Positions 51,874 through 64,000 of a stretch of 64,000 nucleotides of DNA are shown piece after piece (the stretch's first letter is position 1; every line of letters starts with the position of its first letter). Source of the stretch: Octopus sinensis. Taxonomy: Eukaryota. The DNA lies in the NCBI RefSeq assembly GCF_006345805.1, contig NC_043011.1, forward strand, positions 35,848,464 to 35,912,463, read 5' to 3'. The position numbers were made by a program, and so were the translations under genes. Below the pieces are notes generated by a model. The model was not told where the DNA came from, did not search any database, and saw only the letters and a list, made by a program, of their open reading frames with translations.

Positions 51874-54800
51874 TATAGTTAGATAGATAGATAATTAGAC
51901 GGAGAGAGGGCTAAGATGGGTATGCGTAAATGTATGCCATTTGTCTTGCGTTAATGAGTGTTTCATTTATTTGTGTCACTGAAATACTATTTCTTCCCTA
52001 AATGTAGGCAATGATTTGCTTGGAATATGTTCAGTGTTTTTCTTTTTTCTTTTTCTTTTTGCTGTGTTCCAATTCGAAGGATTAACTGAGTCTAATATGA
52101 TTGATGCATGTTTCAATTTAGAATGATTAAGTGTAAATTTATAATTATGATACTAAGTAAACTAATGGACCACGTATTACAGTGTTACTAACGAATAAAA
52201 ATGTGATTCATTAGGAAGGATAGTGGAACCAGGATGAAAGATATATTAGCACAGCAACCAAATCCCTGACCAGTAACTCTGATGTTGGGCTAATGATGCT
52301 TAAATCGAAGACGTCGTTCTTTCAATTCTCGCCAAAAATGAAAAACTTCCTGCTAACTGTAAGCGAGATATTTGCACCATCTATAAAAAGTATTACACCC
52401 AATAATACTTTCAGCCAATGGACATTTAAAGACCACGCTTGTGAGAAAGAATAACTTTTTTAGAAGTAACTGACCTTTCTAGTGGAAGAGTTTGTGTGTT
52501 AAATTTTGGTAATTTCATACGAAAGAACAGTTTCAGATAAGGGAGATAATAAAAATTATAGCAGCTATGTTTTTTTTTCATAAAGTCTTAATAATAGCCG
52601 AAAGTAAAATTGGCACCAAGCGGTTAAGCCAGTGATCATGTAAGTACACGGTCACTCCACCTGGTAGATATACCAGCCAAATATATCTCAGATGACATCA
52701 CGCTGTTTTACAAAGTTAAAGGAAAATTATATAGTGTTATCGTAGATACACGTAAAGAAGTAAAAAACAAACATATTCGAGTCAGGGGTAGTTTTGATCA
52801 TTGGTTTGCTAGATACCAACCTGCCTAGAGCTAAACAGCAGTAACAGCTGCTACAGTAAAGAATGTAATGAATAATGTAGTGCTAGATTCAGTTTGAGAG
52901 TAAAAAATGAAATGTCGTGGCAGCAGCATATTTATTTATTGATATGAGGAATAACAACTGACTTGGAGAAAAACAACAAGAATGAATGATACGATGCTTG
53001 CAAACAATCTTGGAACATTTTTAGCAGCAATATCTTTACTTGCAAGTCCGCTAGATCACGGCTGGCCTGGGGCTAAACAAGAACAAAAAGTAAAAAATGT
53101 TTGAGAAGAAATATAGAACGGTCAAAATTGCAACATGTTTGTTTATTGTCTGCTGGATCATAGTTATCCTGGGGTTAAACAGCAACAATTTATTCTATTA
53201 CCCAATGTTTGAAACGTCCACACAATTTACTAAGTCATTGTCTTTATCAAAATAAATTGCAATTACACGCACCAAATTCCCATTTCTGTCAAATAATAAA
53301 GATTGCTGGCGACAGAACCACATCAGTGCTATTAGAATTGAGGAACCACTTACAACGAGATGAATATTTGTCTGTTTCTGTTAGAGGTGTTATTATTTAC
53401 AACGTAAACGATCTATGTTAAATTTACATTATTTTGGCCAATCTTAAAGGTGATGACTACTTCAGATTAAACGAACAGAACAGGCATTCATGTAATTAAA
53501 CTTATTTATGTTTAAAAAGTTTTCATTACGTAACTTCATGTTCAGCTCCTAATCGTCCTTTCTTAAGTAGATATATAGTAAAAAGTATGTCGGTCTTGAC
53601 CATCCGCCTTATGTTTCTAGATATCTTACATCTTTTCTTTTTTTGTTTTTTGTACTTGTAGGATCTAAAGGAAGGGACAATGTCCATTGCCTCCACAGGC
53701 TCTCTGACACCAGAAACCACTTTTGTGATGCATGTTACAATCCTCTGTATAACTTTTTCCAAGACGGAAGGGTTGTGTTTTAAGGGTAAATTCCTACTAT
53801 TTCCACCAGTTCTAGTATACAGACTCTCGTATTATATTCTGATACTTACAGAGAGTCCTATACAGACTCTCGTGATATTTTCTCCTGGGCAGTCCTTTGT
53901 ATTACTAAAGCAAACCTCAATAATCTGTGGGCTTAATTGAATAAAGACAACTATGAAGATTCGATCCTATCGCTGTAATATTTATAATGACATTCGACTT
54001 TTAAACGATCCATTTTTATGTTTACAGCATCAGGCCGATATAATTTCCTATGGGTGAATTTATTAATAACCACATGTTAGTGAGAACGGACATTGCTGAC
54101 TGTTTATTTTCATGCGGTGTACATAGAGAAAGAGTCTGGACGAGCTCAGTATATTTCTAGTTAAACACAGAGTAAGCAGTGCTGCCATTGCATACGTTGG
54201 GAGATGTTCCTACATATTTACTGACGAGCCAGCGAGAGAAACTATGTGTAGCTGCTCACTTGAGAGAAACAGCAGTCGAATATACCCTACAACTCAGTAT
54301 TTTGGTACAGAGTATATTTCTGTGTGTTCGTCACACTATCTTCATATATGTTAAGCGGATGTGAAAATAAATTCTCCAGGCAAACCTCGGAACTTCTCTA
54401 ATACTGTCTACGGAACCCTTGGTTATCGAGGCAACCTGATTGGAAATTACAGCTCTGCTGTTTGAAAGAAAAGTGGACACATTCATGGGTAACTAGATTT
54501 ACACAAAGACGTGATGGCCATAACACAAACACATCTCTTTGTAGCTCAAGCCTGGGGCCAATCAACAACATCGTATTGAGTACAAAGCGGACTGAATCAT
54601 TTGAAAAATAATTATCTTGGCCCACGAATATAAATACAGCAAAAAGGGACCACCTTTCAGCTGACTATTAATAACTCACGGAACTGAGTCCAGTCATTAA
54701 TACATTTTTTCCCTCTCATAATTGAGCAACCTTTTAAAGGAGAAGTGTATTTACTATAAGCGAGATTGGATCTTTCGAGTAACAAATGTTTAGCCAACGG

Positions 54801-55344
54801 ATATAAACGGAGTGCCAGTAGTAAGGTGTAAACTGACCACCTTCCAGCTGACTGCTAGTTACCCAATCGAATCAACCAAGTACACAGTTGGCTCCTGTTA
54901 TACTGAGTTAACTTTTACGGCATCAGTATTTGCGTTGGTGTTTAGAAAGCAACATGGGTGTAGCAACACGGGTAATCTGACACCCGATTCAATATTTGCT
55001 CATTGATTATACAAAAAAAACGAAATATTTTATTGCAAAGTGATCTCCAGCTTGTCAGCTGTTATGCTATTTTAACAAAAATCCATTAACTCTGCTTCTT
55101 TTCTCGTGCAATCAGAAATATGGAGAAGAATTTTACAGCTAACTCACTTCCCAAAAGCATGCATATATATCCTAACAAATTTCCGATATGAAATTCAGAT
55201 ATATCGAATATTTTTCTTTAATTTCCATTTTCATGACGTATAGTATCTAACTTCAACTTTTTTTTTTATTTGTTTTGTTAATGATAATTCATTTCAATGA
55301 TTTTGAGTAACAACATTGTGAAATTAAATTCTGTTTGGGCTTGC

Positions 55345-55385
55345 TACTATCATTATTATTATCATTATTAGTATTAGTATTAGTA

Positions 55386-55430
<45 letters not shown>

Positions 55431-55490
55431 TATTATCATCATTATTATTATTATTATATTATTATTATTATTATTATTATATTATTATCA

Positions 55491-55539
<49 letters not shown>

Positions 55540-55560
55540 CATCAATATTGTTGTTGTTAT
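55345..55560. repeat. (ATT)n-rich repeat
   Basis: Directly visible. Confidence 0.95.
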
Positions 55561-56454
55561 TGCTTTTGTTATAAAAATGAAAGTATTTGCTTACGTCATT
55601 TGTTTTGGTTAAATCTTGATTCTAAACATATTTATAAGCCTCCTCCGCTCAAATAGAAAAGTTGGATTAACATAAAAACTCCTTTGGATCATGCTGTGAT
55701 ACAAACAACAGATGCTTCAGTTAAAGAAAATAATAATTTCTGACAGAGACACTGAGTAGTTTCGAATTCGATCGCTCATAGCGCTTACGTAATGTACTGT
55801 ATTATCAGGTTGACCAAAATAATGTTGGTGGAAGACAAATGGAAAGGCAAATGGTTTTCTTCGATGATAGATTAAATCCTTCACCTGGCTTTTCATGCCT
55901 TCATCGAGCAAATTAGATTGTTCTATAAGCCTCCAATATGTGGCAATTAGTTATAGAGTTCTAGTTTTGCGTTCTAAGTATAGTTTTGTCCCGTTCTTCC
56001 ACCAGTTACAGAGCCTCTGAGAAGAATCATAAGTGTTATCAGTCCCTGACTATTTAGTCATTAGAGAGGGAGAGGGAAGAAAGGAAGAGAGAGGGGGAAG
56101 GGGGAGGGGGAAGAAAGTGGAGAAAGAGAGAGGAGAAAAATAGAGGAAGAAAGGAGAGAGAGTGTGGGATGAGAGCGAGACGAGAGAAAGTGGGACAGAG
56201 AGCTGTGACACGAAGTACTAGCCCCTGGGGTGCATAGTTTTGGGACAATGGAATGTATGTTTGCTTTATTACGTGAATGGAGGCCCTTTCAAGATGAGGT
56301 GAAAGGAAATTTGAGAGATGCAGTTTTGTTGATTTGCAGCTTAGTATGATCGTAATTAAAATGGACTAAACACATCATACCTTCAAAAACACTCGGAGAT
56401 TACCTTTACCAAAGATCGCCGCAACATTTCAATACTCACTATAGTTTGGGAGAC

Positions 56455-56870
56455 ACAGGGGTTAGTGATTAGGGTGTTGGACTCATGATCGTAAGATTGT
56501 GGTTTCCTTTCCTGGAACAGGTGATACGTTCTGTTCTTGAGCAAAACACTTCATTTCACGTTGCTCCAGTTCACTCAGCTGAAAACTGAGTAAACCTGCG
56601 ACCTAGTGGTGTCCCATCCAGAGGGGAATACATGCGTCACAGGAACTGGCAGAATCGTTAGCACGCCGGGCGAAATGCTTAGCGGTATTTCGTCTGCGTT
56701 ACGTTGTGAGTTCAAATTCCGCCGAGGTCGACTTTGCCTTTCATCCTTTCGGGGTCGATAAATTAAGTACCAGTTACGTACTGGGGTCGATGTAATCGAC
56801 TTAATACCTATGTCTGTCCATGTTAGTCCCCTCTGTGTTTAGCCCCTTGTGGGTAATAAAGAAATAGGTA
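56455..56870 (+). mobile_element. CORE-like SINE head followed by family A SINE (about 56645-56870)
   Basis: ggttagtgattagggtgttggactcatgatcgtaagatt...cttgagcaaaacactt, then ggcagaatcgttagcacgccgggcg...gtaataaagaaataggta. Confidence 0.8.
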
Positions 56871-57227
56871 TTAATGGATCTATATTATTCGGGAAGGAAT
56901 TTTACCACTCTAGTTTGTAAATGATTTGAATGAAGAGCTACTTACAAGATTAGTAGCATATGGATTTTCAGCGCAAGAATTTTTGAAGCAAGAATTTTGT
57001 TGTCTGCTACGGCTATTATCGTTTATTCAGCCTTAATCGAAAAGACATAATCAGATTTGTTCTAGTGGGAAGATCGTCCTGTTTTTTTTTTCCTTCAATA
57101 ACTACGTCAGTTTCTATGGAGTGAGCTTCGACGTCAGCTTGTATGGAAATTTCACGAGGATTTCGTAGGCAGCCTCATTTTCACTGTCTCAATTCAGTTA
57201 TTTGATTAGTACCCAAGGAAAAGTCGA

Positions 57228-57602
57228 GAAGCAATGACCCTGCGGTTAGGGCAGTGGCCTTCGGTCGTAGAATCGCGGTTTCGATTCCCAGACCAGGCAT
57301 TGTGAGTGTTTATTGAGCAAAAACACCTGAAGCTCCACGTGGCTCCAGCAGGGAGTGATAGTGAACCCTGCTGTACTATTTCATCCCAACTTTCTCCCAC
57401 TCTTTCTTTCTGTTTCTGTTGTACCTGTATTTCAAAGGGCCAGCCTTGTCACACTTTGTGTCGCGCTGAATCTCCCCGAAAACTACGTCAATGGCACACG
57501 TGTCTGTGGAGTGCTCAACCAATTGCACGTTAATTTCACGAGCAGGCTGTTCCGTTGATTGGATCAACTGGAACCACCGTCGTCGTAACCGACGGAGTGC
57601 CG
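57228..57602 (+). mobile_element. family C SINE
   Basis: tRNA-like head (gcggttagggcagtgg...ggtttcgattccc) and 3' ...gctgaatctccccgaaaactacg...cgtcgtcgtaaccgacggagtgcc, shared with 10400-10925. Confidence 0.8.
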
Positions 57603-58188
57603 TAGTACCCAAGAAAATTTACCAGCAACAGATCAATGCCCTAACCCATGACGGTTATACTTACGATTAACTAAATGTTAAGAATCCGGCGTGAAGCACT
57701 GGTCATTCCGAGTTTCTATGGCTCTAAGTTGCATTAATATTGTCTAAATTTGTCTTGGTATAGTATGGCTTATACAATTTTCTAATAGATTACAAAAGCA
57801 TAAACAAAGAATAAATTCAAACGAATACTTTCTTTTATTTTTTCTGCGTGGTTTGCTATCACAGTCTAGAATCATACAGTAGGATGGTTCCAGAAACAAC
57901 AAAAGACACATTTTGCAACTTTTAAAATTAATTATATTTTTGAATATCTGATGAGCAAAAATATTCATTTATTAAACACTGTCTGCTGCACTTTTCATTT
58001 GTAAATTGCATTAGCAGCACATGAAAAAAGAAATTAAATTATATATATACATACACAAACGCATATACATATAACCATAAAGATAATTAGATGCATATGT
58101 ACATACATATATATACACATACACACATACACACACACACACACACTCACACACACATATATATATATATAGATGCATACACATACCC

Positions 58189-58222
<34 letters not shown>

Positions 58223-58578
58223 ATATACTCATGCATATGCATATATACATATGCATTCAGACGTATATACATAAAAATACAAGCGTACATATGCAGATAT
58301 TCTCATATATATACATACATATTAGATATTCTTAAAACATGCACACAGTGATACAGCGAAGTTTGTATTCGTTAAACTTCATCATTAATAAATGAAATTA
58401 ATTAAAATGCTCTGACACTCATTACATCGTTACTTGCAGATAAACTCGAAACTGTCTCTTTTCCCATTACTGAAGAAAAGGATACCAAACTAGGTCTACC
58501 AAGACCCTTCTCCCAGCAGACACGGAGCTAATTCGGAGAGAGAAAGAGAGTAAGAATTCGTGGAGAGAGTAAGAAGTT

Positions 58579-58618
<40 letters not shown>

Positions 58619-59514
58619 GAAAGAGGCGGCAGATGGAGCGAGACAGAACAAAAGATCATCTTGGCTCTAGTCTTGCTTCTTCCGTGGTCCTTATAGGATT
58701 TAAGAGAAATCTAACTGCCAATTATACAATAACTAAACAAAGACAAATGTGATTTCGCTGTTGGATTTCTTGCAAACTTCACATCGTGAGCACGGTTGCT
58801 TGCCATGAATAGAGGTATGATTCGGCTCCCATGGTGGGATCTTTTACCTTTAAGCTTTGTTTGTAGATGTCTTTTCTTCGTATTCATAACATTGTGTAAT
58901 ACGATTTTTCTCCTTGGGTAACATCTGTCATTTCCTATTTGCTCACCCCTATAAAGTGTGAAAAAGGGTTAATATTTCCTTCAAACGTTGCTGTTGTTAT
59001 ATTCATTCCTTCAAACCCCAAACAATCGTCTCTCAACACATGGCTATGGCGCTCCCCACTATTTTTGCTCGGGATCAGAGATGCATATATTGTCAGCCAC
59101 TAAGGGTAATGATCAAGTGGTTACGCGTTAAGCAACTGACAGGCAAACCTGCGCTACTGAGCAGGATATTTGCTATAACGATATTTCTGCTTCAGCAACT
59201 CAGTGCTATGTCTGTCTGAAATGTAATGGAAAAAATTGATCACTTTCAAAACATTGATGTCCAGGTCACAAAAGCAAAGTTTGAAGGTAATAGTGGTCAC
59301 TTCCTTTGATTTCAGGATAGAAGCAAATAGGCTATAACTCTTATTGACCAAAGATTAAAAAACAAAAGAATTAATTTTGCTACACAGTGCAATTTACGGT
59401 TAAGAATGATAAAGTTTAACTTCAAAATTACCGTACATGATGCGAATGTTTTAGCGTGTGTGGTGTGTGTGTGTGTGTGTGTGTGTGTTAAAACACTTGT
59501 TTGTGTATACACTC

Positions 59515-59737
59515 TTAGTCTTTACTCTTTTACTTGTTTCAGTCATTTCACTGCAGCCATGCTGGAGCACCGCCTTTAGTCGAGCAAATCGACCCCAGGA
59601 CTTATTCTCTGGAAGCCTAGTACTTATTCTATCAATGCCTTTTGCGGAACCGCTAAGTTACGGGGACGTAAACACACCACCATCGGTTGTCAGCGCGATT
59701 TTGGGAGGAAAAACACAGACACACAAACATATACACA

Positions 59738-59807
<70 letters not shown>

Positions 59808-59980
59808 CATATATACGACGGGCTTCTTTCAGTTTCGTCTACCAAATCCACTCACAAGGTTTTGCTCGGCCCGAGGCTATAGTAGAAGACACTTGCTCAA
59901 GGTGCCACGTAATGGGACGGAACCCGGAACCATGTGGTTCGTAAGCAAGTTACTTACCACACAGCCACACAGCCACTTGT
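59515..59980 (-). mobile_element. full-length family B SINE with internal (TA)n
   Basis: Colinear with 15490-15972. Confidence 0.9.
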
Positions 59981-60252
59981 GTGTGTACTTCTTTTTATGC
60001 TGCAGTCGATAAACATAAGGAACCGCCATTTTATGCGTACATGAAGAATTCATATAGATAAACGTGTTGTTACCATGCACAGTTTCACGAATATTGCTAA
60101 TCAATTTAGGAAGTAACAATGTTTATAATAAAAATAATATTCTTGGGTAGTGATTGGAACGGACAATGAAGATAAAAACAAAATAATATATGTGTGTAAG
60201 CGTAAGCACCCCTCCTCTCTCTCTCATTCCCTTTCTCTCTCTGTCTCTCTCA

Positions 60253-60324
<72 letters not shown>

Positions 60325-60349
60325 ATATATATATATATATAAGTATATC

Positions 60350-60441
<92 letters not shown>

Positions 60442-60454
60442 GAGAGAGAGAGAG

Positions 60455-60781
60455 CAGTTGTATACTGTCAACTTAACGTGAAAGTCCCATAAAGGGAATC
60501 CCACCACCGCTATTTAGCCCTAGGAAGCATCAACGCTTCCTGTCGAGATAGGTATCTTCAGCTAGCAGGCCATGCTACTCAAGACTGATGACGGGTAAGA
60601 ATCAGAAACATGTTTCTGGATGCAGGCCTAGCTGTTGGGGGTGCTTATCTCCCCTTTGTAAACATAAGGACACAGGAAATGTGTCAAAGCCGACAGGAAG
60701 GGTTGATGCTTCCTAGGGCTAAATAGCGGTAGTGTGATTCTCTTTATGGGACTGTCGCGTTAAGTTGACAGTATACAACTG
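60455..60781 (+). mobile_element. 327-bp fold-back element with 91-bp terminal inverted repeats and an HHR-like motif in the loop
   Basis: Arms 60455-60545 and 60691-60781 differ at 6 of 91 positions. CTGATGA at 60585-91 and GAAACATGT at 60605-13. Confidence 0.8.
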
Positions 60782-60839
60782 TTCTATCGTTCCACCACTG
60801 CTTATATCTCTCTGAGATATTTAGAAATTTAATATTCCT

Positions 60840-60871
<32 letters not shown>

Positions 60872-61192
60872 GGAGAGGGGAGAGAAGCAAAGAGAAGGAA
60901 AAGTTGTAACATCACCTACGGGCATCTGGACACTAGTCTACAGTAAATTACGCGCGCGCACGTACACATACACTCACGCACGCACACACACACATATGTA
61001 TATAAGCACAGACAGACAGTCACTCACGTTCACACACGCACCCTGATTATACACCCCGAAGAAAACGGATAAACAAGTCTATATACAAAGAAAAGAAACT
61101 GATAATTTCCTGTAGACTCTTTCATGTGTCTGTCCATTTATTTTTTGTCTGTCAATGCATGTGTGTGTGTTGTGTGTGTGTTGTGTGTGTAT

Positions 61193-61223
<31 letters not shown>

Positions 61224-61436
61224 CGCGTGTGTGTGTGTGAGGATTTTGTTGGCCTGTTTCTATTTGAATCTAATTTCTGACTGCCTACGTATATCTTTGC
61301 AGCTTATATTTTTATTCATATTGTTTTGTATATAAGTCATTATATACATACTTACAAACACACATGCATGTATATACATGTGTGTGCGTGTGTATGTGTG
61401 TATATGTATACATGAATTGTTCATATATAATATATA

Positions 61437-61492
<56 letters not shown>

Positions 61493-61664
61493 ATTTGTAC
61501 GTATGTGTATGTATTCTTTGTGTGTCTGCTTGTGTGGTATAAATATAATTTAAGCCTTAAAATCATACACGCATTTCGGTAAATCAACTGACAACATTAC
61601 ACAAGTCTAGTTGGAAAATTACATAATCTTTCAATACTCCTGATCAGTGTTTAGCAAAAATTGC

Positions 61665-61708
<44 letters not shown>

Positions 61709-62055
61709 GAGTGTATTTTACCTTGTTAACAATTAACACGGATAAATGAATGAATAGTTACCAGGGCAGTAAAAATCTCACAAGTAAAGATGTTGTAACT
61801 CCTTGTTTATAAAGGTTGAAACTTCGTGTTTACGTTGAATATTTGAATAATATGAATAAAAAATGGAGTTAACGCAGGTTTAAACAAGTATTTTTACTTT
61901 CTACATATGTTTCAAAAATTCCACTGATACTTATTCAAAAGAATAAAAGGTATAAACAATGCAATAAACAGAACTGTCGTTATTGGGCTCTTAAAAATTC
62001 GAGAGAACTGCAAAGAAGACCACTGCACAGCCTTCATATTTCTTTTGTTTTTTTA

Positions 62056-63354
<1,299 letters not shown>

Positions 63355-63909
63355 CATATATGAAATTGTTCCACTTTTGGGATGAGTCAGCGCTATAAAG
63401 TCCACGTCTCAAAACCATAGAGGAAGGTGGAAAAGGTTGGCTTGGTTTTTTTGTTTCCGAAGACACGCTGAAATAGTTTCCCCGTTCTCAACGTCTTTCT
63501 TGGAGTTATGTTGTCATATCACGTATATGCACACACAAACGCAGACCAGACAAAGTCATTCATCAATATGCATGGAATTGAGTAAAAAAACAAAGAAAAA
63601 GAAACGTTAAGAAAGCGAATCCCAAAACTCTTGCAACGAGCGTGATTATTTTACCACTGAAACAATGAAACTGAGAAAGTAACGTTGAGCAAAAACATAT
63701 AGAATACTGCAGCAGCAAGAACAATAACCATAACCACCATCTCTTCCACCAGATCTGTCTTGCTATTTTTGTTTCCGTCTGTTTCGCACGACAATTGGTC
63801 TTCTCAGAGATCAACACCACCAACATGAAAGAACCACACAATCAGAGGCGTATTAACATTCTCGGACACGAGAAACAGCAGAAAACGGAATGTATGTCTG
63901 TTGTTTATA

Positions 63910-63964
<55 letters not shown>

Positions 63965-64000
63965 TGACCGTTTTTTCTAAAGGGCCAATCAAACAAGTCC

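Noticed and set aside
53530-53800. Possible CR1/L2 RT remnant (LEKVIQR..TKVVSGVRE..RRMVKTDIL) or a + strand exon at 53661
   Set aside because: The similarity is too weak to call by eye and the two readings conflict; it needs BLASTx.
58440-58555. Possible + strand exon DKLETVSFPITEEKGYQTRSTKTLLPADTELIRREKR
   Set aside because: The furin-like end and the donor derive from decaying (AG)n; no homology recognised.

Overview
64 kb of very AT-rich, repeat-saturated eukaryotic non-coding DNA. The SINE families and the (TA)n/(TACA)n/(CA)n microsatellite load look like Octopus intronic or intergenic sequence (inference from repeat content). I found no intact host gene; nearly all ORF-track entries are microsatellite artefacts. 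Real coding remnants are all mobile-element pseudogenes: two RTE-type LINE 3' ends, two R4/Dong-type LINE 3' ends, a Penelope-like GIY-YIG endonuclease fragment, several Tc1/mariner relics and MITEs, a hAT MITE with a perfect 8-bp TSD, and a Chapaev3-like transposase. About 25 tRNA-derived SINE copies from at least three families are present. The most notable signal is RNA-level: ten or more hammerhead-ribozyme (HHR)-like motifs from several unrelated sequence families. These include a 327-bp fold-back element with an HHR in its loop (60455-60781), an apparently intact HHR at 14732-14793, and an HHR inside a 525-bp direct-repeat unit (50442-51143) that abuts an array of about 21 palindromic NF-kB/STAT/ETS-like repeats. 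All folds and alignments were done by eye and need computational and experimental confirmation.
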